Shown here: positions 1 through 11,600 of the stretch, in pieces
Position numbering within the stretch: the first letter of the stretch is position 1
Layout of the letters: every line of letters starts with the position of its first letter
Origin: Blastocladiella emersonii ATCC 22665
Taxonomy: Eukaryota > Fungi > Blastocladiomycota
Length of the DNA: 64,000 nt
Assembly: GCA_025594325.1 (NCBI GenBank)
Contig: JANHCV010000010.1
Span: forward strand, 1,054,001 to 1,118,000
Reading direction: 5' to 3'
The notes under the pieces: model-generated
Seen by the model: the letters and a program-made list of their open reading frames with translations, nothing else
Told to the model about the DNA's origin: nothing
Database searches by the model: none
Translations under genes and position numbers: made by a program

Positions 1-597
1 AACAGGTCGACGCGCAGGAGGTCGGCGCCACACCAGAACGTGATCCGAGTGCGCCACATTTTCGACACCGGCGACCACCCGGCGAGCCTGAGCCTGACGT
101 GCGCGCCACCGTGCTCGGCTGCACCTCCTCTCACGCCTTATTTTGCCACGTAAGTGCTACGCAACGAAACGATGCCGCGCCGCCGCGCCGCCGTCCGCCC
201 GCCGGACCGCTCGAGACCACGCGCGGGGACGAACGAACGAATGCATGCGCCGCGAACCGCCGTCGCCACCAACAACCATGGAATTTTCGCCGTCGCCGCC
301 GTAACGACCGTCGCTGGGCCCATGCTCGCCGGCCGAACGGCAGTCACCATGCGCGACCATCCGTAGCCGCCATGCGTGCGTGCTGTGCGGCTGGTCGCCA
401 GTGAAACGGCGGATGGACTCTCGTGCTCGCCCCAGCGGCCGACTGCCCGACCGCTCGCTCGCCCCGCGTTTCGCTCGTTCGCTCGTTCCCCGTCGCGCTG
501 GTCTCGAAGATTCGCGCGCGCGCGGCTGCGTCGCGTGCAGAAACGCCGTCCCTCTGAACTGAGCGCTGACGATCCTGTCGCCGCCTCGCTCGCTAGC

Positions 598-1108
598 ATG
601 TCTGCTGTCGAGGCTGTCCAGACCTTCGGTCGCAAGAAGACCGCCACCGCCGTCGCCCACTGCAAGCGCGGCAAGGGCATGATCCGCGTCAACGGCTCGC
701 CCATTGACCTCGTCCAGCCCGAGATCCTCCGCTACAAGATCTACGAGCCTATCCTCGTCATCGGCAAGGACAAGTTCGAGAACGTCGACATCCGCGTCCG
801 CGTCAACGGTGGTGGTCACGTCTCGCAGATCTACGCCATCCGCCAGGCCATCGCCAAGGCCATCGTTGCCTTCTACGCCAAGTTCGTCGACGAGGCCTCG
901 AAGAACGAGATCCGCAAGATGCTCGTCGACTACGACCGCACCCTCCTCGTTGCCGACCCCCGTCGCTGCGAGCCCAAGAAGTTCGGCGGCAAGGGCGCTC
1001 GCGGTACGTTCACTTCACTGACTCGCGTGGTGTGGCGTACTGGGCTGATCGCTGACTCGCGCCCCCCACTCGTCTCCCCTAGCTCGCTTCCAGAAGTCGT
1101 ACCGTTAA
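598..1108 (+). CDS. RPS16: 40S ribosomal protein S16 (uS9), 2 coding exons
   Basis: [25 protein letters not shown]...[16 protein letters not shown]. Intron 1004..1082 (GTACGT..CTAG, branch GCTGAC). Last exon restores the C-terminus ARFQKSYR*. Confidence 0.97.
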
Positions 1109-1750
1109 AGCACTCGCGTGGCGGCGCTTCGTGTCCGCCCAGTGTGCTCTCGGCAGCGTCACTCGAGGAATACATTTTCCATGTTACAGTCGAGTACATC
1201 TCTTTCGTCTCTGTCGTGTTGTGTCGTCGTGTCCCTGGCCGCGTCGACGACCGGTTTCGTGAGTCTCGTCTCGAATGAGTCTTCGACGTCACCGCCGAGC
1301 GGTCCTTTGCTTGATCGCACGAGCCCGGATTGCATGGTCGAGTTACCCGCGTCAACTCGTTGGCGTCCACAGCCAGGACGTGCTCGAGATGAACGTCCCC
1401 TCGACGCCTTGATCGCCGTGAAGATCATCAACCGATGTTGACCGAGTTCGGGCTGGGTGGTGCGGGTCCCTGGTTCAGCAAGCCCGCGTCATGGCGGACC
1501 CGTCCCATGAACCTGCCTCCTCCCCCGCACGGATCCGCAACCCACGGTTCGATCCTTCGCATCTCCCTCCGCTTCCTCTCGCGCCACGCGCACGGAACAG
1601 GGCTCATAACCACCTCTGCTACGCACACTTGACCCCCATCCCTTGTTCCGCGTCCATCGCACAAGCCTGGATGGTGCCCTCCTTGGGAGCAACCACGCGC
1701 TGGTCAAGTGTGTGCCTGCACACCGTACACACTGAGGCAGGGGAGTGGGA

Positions 1751-3150
1751 CCAAGGGAACTAAATGGGGACGTTCGGGTCCCCTCCTCAGCGTCCCAGGG
1801 CAGCTGAAACCGGCCGGGTTTGCCCGCTGCACGGAAACGTGACCTATCACCTGAATTAGACGCGTTTTTGTCTCGCACCCACCAACGCGTCTGTCTCGCG
1901 CGCTGCCTTCAGCGCCGAGTGATCGCCGACCAGAACTCATGCGTTATAACGTTGAAATGCAAAGCGTCGAGCCAGAGTGCGTGCACCGCGTAGAACTTGC
2001 ACGCGGTGCGGCGGCGGGGCTGTGCTCCAGCGAACACTCCTCCAAACACGCGCGCAACTGCGGAAGCCTTGCGCAGTCATGAACGAGGGCCAGTCATTCA
2101 TCGTGACCGTCCGAAAGCACCGCGGGTTGTCCGGTTTGGGAATCGCCCACGACCTACTTTGGGATGAGGTGGTCGCATGGTTCAAGGCGTTGGACATAAA
2201 GTAGCAACGCGGACGTGCTTCCAGCACGACTTACACTGAACTGGATCATACGGCGAGCGAAGTGGAGAGCGATCACACCGACGGCAGGGCTGAGCAGGTA
2301 AGCGAGGTTTGGCGACTAGTCAAGCGAGCGAGGCGACGCAAATGTACGTCCGATGGCTGGCGAGCGAGGCCGTAGACTTGAGCGGCTGGTCAGGCGGCAA
2401 GGTCGGCAAGCCGAGAAGTTCAACGCGCGGGAAGGGGGCGCGGGAGGCGGCGAACGAGCACAACAGCGGCGACGGGGTTGAAGATTATGGGGTGACGAGG
2501 GACCGCAAGTGCAAGGATGTTGCAAGCGAGAGCGCTGCGGGTGCGAGGTGCCCGCGACGTAGGGGAGAAGTGCGGAGGTGGGTGCGGCGACGGCTACTAC
2601 GGTAGCGTACAAGTAGCTGCCGCTCATGGCACGAGGCGTACGAGCAGGGGCGCAGCGTGAGAGCGGGAGGAGAGTGAGGCCGACCGCGAGCCCTGCTGCA
2701 GTTGCTGGGGAAAGAGGAGGAGGCGACGACAAGGATGAGGGCGAAGATGGGGATGAGCGCAAGAGCACGGTACGCGTCCGCGGCGGCAAGCGAGAAGGCA
2801 CACGGGGGATCGCGCGAGGGGCGGGGGCGGATGCGTGCGGCCTGCGACGATCGAGAGCGAGGCCGGTCAGGCAGCACTGCCAGCCGCTGGGTGCTGTGCG
2901 GGACGAGTCTGATGCGGGTGCGTAAGGCAGAGGAGAGAGAGAGCGGTCTGCGACAAGAACTTATATGGGCGCGAGCTCCCCCACGTGGCGAAGAGCGTCA
3001 GCCCGTGCTGCCTCGTGGGTGAGCGCCCGAGGAGCTGGGGCCAATCAGAGCGCTCGGGCGACGCCGCGTCACGTGAATACGCGTATTCTTAGTAACGAGC
3101 CCTGGGACGTCGGTTTGGCTAGCCTGGACTCCCCCATTTAGTCCCCCTGG
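1751..3150. repeat. Imperfect ~50-bp inverted repeat pair (1751..1800 and 3100..3150) flanking 1.3 kb
   Basis: CCAAGGGAACTAAATGGGG (1751-1769) vs reverse complement of 3132-3150 CCAGGGGGACTAAATGGGG (17/19). Then CGTCCCAGGG (1791-1800) vs reverse complement of 3100-3109, at nearly the same spacing. Confidence 0.55.
3069..3088. promoter_or_regulatory. Overlapping palindromes TCACGTGA and GAATACGCGTATTC (E-box and MCB-like cores)
   Basis: 8-bp and 14-bp perfect palindromes seen directly. Regulatory function is inferred only from motif identity. Confidence 0.3.
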
Positions 3151-3321
3151 TGGGACGGGGCTCTTTTTTTTTGGTCAGCAATTTTTCATGGCTTGGTTGC
3201 GGGCTGTGCGGTGAGTCGCCACACGACGCGTCTGTGTCGCGCGTTCGAACGCTGAAGCGGTCGCGGGCGTGCCGAAGACTTGACGTGAGCGAGAGCCACT
3301 GGTCCTGTACACTGATGACGA

Positions 3322-5150
3322 GCACGACGAGCGACGGTGGTCAGCAAAGACAATGGCGTGCGAGTTGTTTGACGAGCTGTGGCGCGTCGCGTCCTGCCGC
3401 CGCGTGAGGGTGGCCGCGCCACACTGATCGGGTTCTCTCCACAGCACCTTCGGTCTCGCTTCTTGCGAAACTGACGTGCTTTACACTGGACGAATCGATC
3501 GTAGCGATGAACTATGCGGGTAAGCGTAAGCGTACTTGATCACCGCGAACTGGCGAGCGATCAGTGTGCGTTCACGTTGCGTTTTCCGACCGCTGGAAAA
3601 CAGCTTGCGCTCATGGCCACCGTGGCCGTGATTCGGGCGCAGCCAAGAGCTGCCCTGGTCCAAGGCGCAGCTGGCCAGAAAACGGAGTATAAGAATCGCG
3701 GAAACGTGGCCCTTGTTCTGAACCGATGTGGCGCGACCAGACCATGGTTGTTTCCTATTCCTCGCCGCGCGGCACAATATTGCTCCGCTCATACTTGCTG
3801 CAGCTAGCCAAGCGTGACGCGCTTGCAGTGTTACTATCACGCGTATTGAACAGGACTGGTCGCATTCGTGGTCATTATGGGCACAGTGGACGATGGCTTT
3901 GGCGACCAACAATGTCGGAGCAGCGTTTTCATCTTTTATTAGGTCGCCGACTCGAGAACTATTTACCGCGTAGTGGCGGACCTGTCCCTACTCACGGCCA
4001 TGTGCATACGTATCGCTGTCCGTGGTTCGATCCTCGGCACTCTTGCTCGTGCAAGATTGCGGACCCCGTGCGTACGCTTACTCGCCTGAGATGGCCCGGG
4101 GTTTTTTTTTTTTTTTGCAAAATTATTGTTTGATATGTGCCGTGTGTGATCGGCTAGGTTTGGGTGCACAACGAACGGCGCTGGACATACTGGCGCGACG
4201 ACACACACATGGACAGGACTCCAAACGCTTCATAGCACACCATCTCAGTGCCGCGATTCCTCGCGTGAGACACGCCTTTGGATCGTCCACTTGATCTCAT
4301 TGCTTGACCTTATTGCTTGTCGCTTTTGGGGTCCTCGTCTACTCAATATGCGGGTCGCGATCACGGCTTGATCGTGCATACGAGCGCTCTGTGCTGCTGT
4401 TCTTTGTTCAGGAACACAACGAGCGACGGCGGTCAGCGTAAGACGCGAGTATGCAAACTTGTTTAACAAGACGTGGCGCGTCACGACGCGTGAGCGTGGC
4501 GGCGGAGAAAGGCTCGCACGCATCGCGGCCATGGCCATGGCCGCGCCATTTGTCGCAGAGGCGCGTCGCTCAAAATGGCCGTGATTTGCAACTTTCGCCG
4601 CGAGTTGTTGTTTCTCGCGGGAAAGACGACGCGCGACAACGTGCTGATAGACGGACCGCGTCAACAATTGTCGCCCGTTTGTAGCTCTAGAGCAAGAAGC
4701 ACGCGAAAGTCTCGCGCGCATCGCGTCCGTTGCTATGGCCGCGGCCATCGTCACGGTTCGCGTGCCGCTGCACGCGAGCTACGTTTGTGCGGCGAGGATG
4801 AGATGCCGCCACCAACAATGCACCGTATCGCGACCACAATCGATCCGCGTCGAGCTCTTGTACCGTAGAACAAGTAGAACAAAAGTCACGCGCTTGAATG
4901 CGATCAAGGTTCGCGCGCAAGTCGCTGCTTGACACACGGCCACCGTGGCCATGGCTTTGGCGCGGCCATGATCCAAGGCGTAGTTGGCCAAAACGGAGTC
5001 TGTGAAGCGCGAAAGCGTGACCCTTAACATGGCCCGCTGTGTCGCGACCTGAGCGACCATGGAGACCGCTGGTTCCCTGACGTGCACGCGGCGCGGTACT
5101 GATTCGCTCATCCTTGTTGCAGCTGGCCCTGCGCGACGCGCTTGTTGCGA
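3322..5150. repeat. Diverged direct duplication (about 3322-3420 = 4416-4510 and 3614-3830 = 4937-5150), probably relics of a paralogous gene pair
   Basis: Shared colinear blocks: ACGAGCGACGG(T/C)GGTCAGC, GGCCACCGTGGCC, TCCAAGGCG(C/T)AG(C/T)TGGCCA, AAACGGAGT, CGCTCAT(A/C)CTTG(C/T)TGCAGCT. No intact shared ORF. Confidence 0.65.
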
Positions 5151-5426
5151 GAGTCGTGACGGCTATCTTTCGTATTGAAGCGGAAGGAAGGGTCGCGATC
5201 GTGGGAAGCGTATACGCCTTGGCCATGCAACAAGCAGGGAGACCGAAGCAATCGCACTCGCGAGCACGCAGGAGCAAACCGTCTTCAGCGTGAGCATGCT
5301 TGCTCGAGAGCAACAACTGAACAGGCGGGGAAGATTTTTTCAACTGTAGTATATACTGAAGGTTGAAAAAACGAGAGCAGCAGACTACCCAACGTTTCCC
5401 AAGACCCTCGACGGAGGTAGGGGGAC

Positions 5427-6308
5427 TTAGGCAGCGGCGGTGGCCTCGGCACCGATGGTGGCGCGAGTGTAGATGAGCTGCGAGTTGTGGGCCGAGACGA
5501 GCTTGATCTCGCCCTGCTTCTCGAGCTCCTTGAGCGCGAGGCGGGCCAGGGAGCCGTTGATGCGGAGGCGGTCAACGAGCACCGAGGGGGTGATGAGGCG
5601 GTACGTGGGCACCTCCTTGAACAGCTTGTCGTAGGTGGCCTTGTCGAAGACGACGGCGTTGTTGGCCTTGTCCTTGACCTTACCCTTAGACCACTTCTTC
5701 TTAGCGGGAGCCTGTGGAGGGGGCGCGAGGGGAGGCGGTTAGCGACGATGGACCAAGGGCGGTAGTGGGGCGAGCGGAAACTCGCTCGACGAGCGCCGCT
5801 GTCGTCGCGGGTGCCACTGCCGCTGCCATGCATCGTCCGCTCGGTCGGTCGCTCGAAATTCCGCGTTTGAGCGTTCCACACGGCGACGTCGCGCGCACCG
5901 GCGCCACGTCGGAACGACGTAACGCCGTAACGGCCATTACGAGGGAACGTAGCCTCCGCACGGCGCCGGACGAAAACCGAGTTCAGCCCAGCCGCAACCA
6001 CCCGGAAAGCACAGGACCATCCAGACGGCGCAGCGTTCTTGGGCTCCTCGTCGTCACGGCGGGCGCGCAGGGATTCGCTGCGACGGCGGATGGTTCGGCG
6101 TTTTCTCCACCGTCCGCGCAGCCGTTTAGTCGGCCGTGCGGCGTGCGAGCGGTCGGCGATTCGAGCGCACGGCGTGGGCGGTCACGGCGAGCCATCCGCG
6201 CAGTGACGTGGCGCAGGCGGGCGAGCGAGCGAGCGAGCGAGTTTGATGCATGGCGGCGGCGACAGCGGCGGTCGAGCGAGTGTTCCATGGTAGGGCGAAG
6301 CATGCCAT
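5427..6308 (-). CDS. RPS25: 40S ribosomal protein S25 (eS25); exon 2 certain, ATG-only exon 1 proposed
   Basis: Exon 5711..5427 reads [24 protein letters not shown]...[19 protein letters not shown], after a CAG acceptor (5714-5712) with a CTAAC branch. Best start is CAAAATG at 6308-6306 followed by a GCATGC donor. The start position is less certain than the product. Confidence 0.9.
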
Positions 6309-6572
6309 TTTGTTTGATAGGGTGACGAAACTGACAACGTCAAGAGACGGAGCAAACCAACGCACGGAGCTTCGGCCTTGGGCCAGCGCGACGGCGGCGG
6401 GCAGCAGCAGCCGCGAAGGTGGCTGAGGAGCGATTCGCACGGCGCCGTGCAGCGAGTGTCACTTCCATCCCCACGCTTTGCGCCACTCGATTCCTCACGC
6501 TCACCCGCGCGCCAACGTCGAGGTCGCGACGCTCAAAACCACCTCAACCCGCAACCCATGTAACCTAGCACG

Positions 6573-7214
6573 ATGCTGTCCGACACGACGACCCCAACTT
6601 CAAGCAACTCGGCCGCGACCGCGACCGCGTCCGCGTCGGCGCCGGCAGCGACGATCGAGGAGATCACGCGCGAGATGCGCGAGCTCGAGGCGTCGGTCAA
6701 GAGCACGGGGATGCTCGACTTTGAGGCCGAGCTGAACGCGGCGCTCGCGGGCGGCTTGAGCAGTGACGACACGGCGTCCTCCGCCTCCGCCCCCGCACCT
6801 TCGGCAACGGCCGGCGGGCTCGCAGACGTGTCGCGCCTGCTCGACATGCTCGGCGCCACCGCTGACGACGAGGACGACGACGCCGAGTACGGCGACGAGT
6901 ACGAGGTGGTCGAAGACGACGGGTTCGACGCGGCGGGCCTGGCGGGCGACGCGGTGACGGCCGACCTGTTCAAGGACATGGAGACGGCGGGCCTGCTGCT
7001 GGGCATGCTCGACGGCAAGTGCGACGACCTCAACGCGCGGCTCGACCAGCTGCTCGCGGCCATGGAGGACCAGGTGCCCGGCGAGGCCGAGGTGCGCGAG
7101 GCGGCAGCGGCGGCAGGCAAGGTCGCGGCGGCGGCGAGCAGTACGGCGGGCGTTCCGCCGACGGCGAGCACGGCGCCCGGCAAGCAGGGCGAGGCCAAGG
7201 CCAAGGCGCCATGA
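6573..7214 (+). CDS. Acidic coiled-coil protein, possible UPF0184/bublin (C9orf16)-like
   Basis: 213-aa ORF with strong GC3 bias. Segment LLGMLDGKCDDLNARLDQLLAAME resembles the UPF0184 coiled-coil as I recall it. Confidence 0.6.
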   Translation: MLSDTTTPTSSNSAATATASASAPAATIEEITREMRELEASVKSTGMLDFEAELNAALAGGLSSDDTASSASAPAPSATAGGLADVSRLLDMLGATADDEDDDAEYGDEYEVVEDDGFDAAGLAGDAVTADLFKDMETAGLLLGMLDGKCDDLNARLDQLLAAMEDQVPGEAEVREAAAAAGKVAAAASSTAGVPPTASTAPGKQGEAKAKAP

Positions 7215-7265
7215 GTCAAGAGGAAACGGGTGGGTGAGTGAGTATATATACAACGAATCAATCGA

Positions 7266-8280
7266 TCATGGCCTGCGGTCAATCTTCTCGGGGAGGTACT
7301 GGGTGACGCTGTTCTTGGGGATGACGCGGTAGGGTGTGCCGTCGTCGTCCTCGAACTGGATGTGGTAGTTGCCGACCTTTTTCGGGGTGGCGACGACGAT
7401 GCCCTTGTAGAAGGCGGTGGTCTCCGGGTAGCAGGCCATGACGATGGAGCCGACGGGGAACTCGGGGTAGTTGCTGGGCGGCAGCGGGATGATGTCCTCC
7501 TCGGTGACGTTTAGGTTGCTATTCAGAGGGGTGCGGGTCAGACGGAGGGGAAAGTGAGAGTGGTGAGCGAGCGAGCGTACCGCTTGTCCTCGACGTCCTC
7601 GACCTCGTAGAAGCCGTCGCGCACGTCGCGCACAATGGCCCAGATCCACGGGTAGGTGACAACGCCCATGTCGTCGACGATACGGGCGCGCACGGTGACC
7701 TGTGTGCGTGGGGGCGGTGGGTCAGCGGTGATGGTGTCGGCGGAGGAAATGGAGCGAACGCACGTTGGAGTTGATGCCAAACTGAATGGGCGGGAATTTT
7801 CTACACCAGCACGGGTGTGAGGGACCGAGCCAGACACGACCGCAGAGAGAGAGCGTACGGCTGCGCGCGCTTGGTGTCGGCCTGAAGCTTTTTGGACGTG
7901 TTCTTGGCCGCAGCACGGTCCCCGCCACCCGCAGCGGCACCGCGGCGGGCAGCGAGGATCGCCTGAGCGTGGGCCGAGTCCGGGTAGACGGCGAGGTACA
8001 GTTTGCCGATCGTGTCCTGGGTGGCCTCGAGGTGGGTGATCTCGTCGCGGACGCATGCGAGCGAGGCGCGGTAGGCGGCGACGAGCTGCTCCCACTTGTC
8101 GAGGTCCGGGTCGTCGCGCGGGTGCTCGACGAGCGAGGCGTGCAGGGCGGCCGCGTCCTGCAGCGCCGCGTCCTTGGCCGCGTGCGCGTCGTCGATCTTG
8201 AGGAACAGCGCGCGCGCGGTGCCCCACAGGGCGTCGGCCGAGTCGGGCGGCGGCGGTGGTGGTGGGTGCGAGGATGACAT
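7266..8280 (-). CDS. SGF29: SAGA-associated factor 29 (tandem Tudor), 4 exons
   Basis: Coiled-coil N-terminus, then Tudor-like FPVGSIVMACYPETTAFYKGIV...YHIQFEDD. Introns 7801..7858, 7700..7763 and 7519..7580 all have GT..AG ends and splice in frame. Confidence 0.85.
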
Positions 8281-8691
8281 GGTGTGGGTGGGTGGGTTTA
8301 ATTCATCGGCTGCATGGTTTACTCGTGAGGGAGAAGCGATCGGCGACGCGGTGCGCGCGCGGGTGAAGGGGCGAGACGCGCTGACAGGTATGGCAGGCGC
8401 GTCGGGTGACGTTCCCCCGTGGCGGGCTTGCCGCGGCTCGGCGCATGCTCGCACCCCGGGCGGAGCGGTCGCATCGCCCGAGACTCTGCGCTGCTGCATC
8501 TGAAGAGAGACCCCGCATCCGTGACTCGGCGCGTCGTTCATCCGCGTCCCTGCAGCCGCGCGCCCGGCCCCTGCCCCCGCGCCGTCCCGGACCGCACCCC
8601 ACCCGCACCCCGGAACCCGCACCACCCACCCCCTTTCGCCGACCCGACCCGACCGAGCGGTCAACCGAATCCCATCTGCCCGCCCGCCACC

Positions 8692-11600
8692 ATGGATCCC
8701 GCGGCCTTTGCTGCCCAACAGCAGCAGCAGATGCTCATGCAGCAGCAGCAGCAGATGCAGGCCGGCAACAACAGCGCCGCGCCCGTCAACGGCAACGTCA
8801 ACGGCAACGTCAACGGCGGGCCCACCATGGCCATGGCCCAGCAGCAGCAGCCGCAGCAGCCTCAGCAGCAACAACAGCCTCAACAGCAGCAGCAGAGCCT
8901 GCTCACCATCGCGCCCGAGAAGATCAACCAGCTCGCCCTGGTACGGACGACTGAATGGACCGCCTCGGAGTCCATCGCTCACACATCACCCTCGCCGACC
9001 CGTCTTCTAGCTGCTCCGCAACAAGCAGGCCCAGGGCCTCAACGAGCAAAACGACGAGGAGGCCGCCCGCATCACCCAGTTCCTGCGCGCCTACCAGCAG
9101 CAGCAGAACCAGTACCACCTCCAGCAGCAGGCCCTGCAGCAGCGCGCCGCCCAGCTCCAGGCCCAGCAGCAGGCCGCGGCCCAGCAGCAGCAGCAGCAGC
9201 AGGCCCAGCAGCTCGCCGCCGCCAACGCCGCCGCCGCCGCGCCGCCGACCCCCATGGGCATCCCGACCGGGCCCGGTCCGCTGCCGCCCGGCATGTCCGA
9301 CGCCAACGCGCAGCAGCTCAACGCCCAGCTGCACGCCTACCGCCACGTCGCCCGCGGCCTGCCCGTCCCGCCCCAGCTGCACGCCGCCGCCGTGGCGCCC
9401 GCCGACCTCGCCGACCAGCACCCGCCGCGCGGGCCCGCCAACCCCGTCGTCGGCCAGGCCGTCACCGCCGCCGCCCACGACCACGCCCAGGCCAATCTCC
9501 AGGACGTGCGCAACGAGGTTGAGCAGCTCCAGTCGCAGTCGCAGCAGCCCGTTGGCGCCGCTGCGGGTTCCACGACCCCGCCGACCGCGACCGCTCCGGC
9601 CGCCGCTGCGCCGCCCGCGCCGCCCAAGGTGCAGCTGCACCCCGACACCAAGATCGCCATCGTCGACCCGTGGGCCGTCACCACGCGCGTCGTCGCGCCG
9701 CAGGGCCAGCGCGCCTTCATCCCGTCCATCCTGCCGCACGGCATCGACCCCGTGCTCCTGCAGGAGGAGCAGGACCGCCGCATCCGCGGCCGCATCGCCA
9801 ACCGCCTCACCGAGCTCGACGCGGTCTCGTCGGCGCTCCCCGACGGTTCGGGCGATCCCGACCAGGCCGAGCGCGCCGCCAACCTCAAGCTCAAGGCCAT
9901 CATCGAGAAAAAGGCGCTCAAGCTGCTCGACTACCAGCAGCTGATGCGCGAGGAGATGGTCCAGACCGTCCGCCACTCGTCGATCCTGTTCACGGGGCCC
10001 GACCGCAACGCCTTCAAGCGCGTCAAGCGCCACAACGTGCGCGAGCCCAAGGCCACCGAGAAGTTTGAGCGCCAGCAGAAGATCGAGCGCGAGAAGAAAG
10101 AAAAGGCCAAGCACGCGTCGTACCTGCAGTCCATCGTCACCCACGGCAACAAGCTCAAGCAGTACCACCAGCGCGCCGCCGAGCGGTGGTCCAAGCTCGG
10201 CCGCGGCATCCAGTCGCTCCACGCCAAGCTCGAAAAGGAGGAGAAGGAGCGCCGCCAGCGCAACGCCCAGGAACGCCTGCGCGCCCTCAAGGCCGGCGAC
10301 GAGGACGCGTACCTCAAGCTCATTGACCAGGCCAAGGATACCCGCATCACCCACCTCCTCCGCCAGACCGACGCCTTCCTCGACTCGCTCGGCCAGGCCG
10401 TCATGCTCCAGAAGGAGTCGATCAGCGGCACCGCCGTGTCGGCGCCCGCGCCCACGCCCGCCGCGATCGCGCCGGCCGTGATCGACGACGCGAACCCCGC
10501 CGACGTTGACGAGGACAACCTGATCGTTACCGAGGACGGCCGCAAGCTCGACTACTACGGCGCCGCGCACCGCGTCCAGGAGAAGATCACGCGGCAGGCG
10601 CCGATCCTCATTGGCGGCACGCTCAAGGAGTACCAGATCAAGGGCCTCGAGTGGATGGTGTCGCTGTTCAACAACCGGCTCAACGGGATCCTCGCCGACG
10701 AGATGGGCCTCGGCAAGACGATCCAGACCATCTCGCTCATCACGTACCTGCTTGACGTCAAGAAGCAGCCCGGCCCGTACCTCGTGATCGTGCCGCTGTC
10801 AACCATCACCAACTGGACCATGGAGTTCGAGAAGTGGGCGCCCTCGGTGCGCACCATCGTGTTCAAGGGCCCGCCCGTCGCCCGCAAGGCACAGGCGGCG
10901 CAGATCCGCGCGGGCAACTTCAGCGTCCTGCTCACCACGTTCGAGTACATTATCCGCGAGCGGCCCACGCTCGCGCGCGTCAAGTGGCTGTACACGATCA
11001 TCGACGAGGGCCACCGCATGAAGAACGCGCAGTCGCGCCTGTCGCAGACGCTGTGCACCTACTACTCGTCGCGGTACCGGCTCATCCTCACGGGCACCCC
11101 GCTCCAGAACAACCTCCCCGAGCTCTGGGCCCTGCTCAACTTCATCCTGCCCAAGGTGTTCAACTCGCAGTCCTCGTTTGACGACTGGTTCTCGGCGCCC
11201 TTTGCCGACGTCGGCGGCGGCGAGGAGAAGCTCACGCTCACCGAGGAGGAGACGCTGCTCGTCATCAAGCGCCTGCACAAGGTGCTGCGGCCGTTCCTGC
11301 TGCGGCGCCTGAAAAAGGACGTCGAGTCGGAGCTCCCCGACAAGGTCGAGAAGGTGGTCAAGACCAAGCTGTCGGCGGTGCAGAAGGTGCTGTACGACCA
11401 GGTGCTGACGCACGGCGCCATCGCGGTCGGGTTCAACGAGAACAAGCGCGGCGGCGGGATCAAGGGGCTCAACAACACGGTGATGCAGCTGCGCAAGATC
11501 TGCAACCACCCGTACGTGTTCGGCGAGGTCGAGGACCTCTTCTCGCCGCCCGGCGACGACCCCTCGGTGCGCGCCGTCGACCGCAACATCTTCCGGGTCT

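Noticed and set aside
2316-2925. ORFs of 98-161 aa on both strands
   Set aside because: No motifs, inconsistent frames and weak codon bias. At most decayed coding debris.
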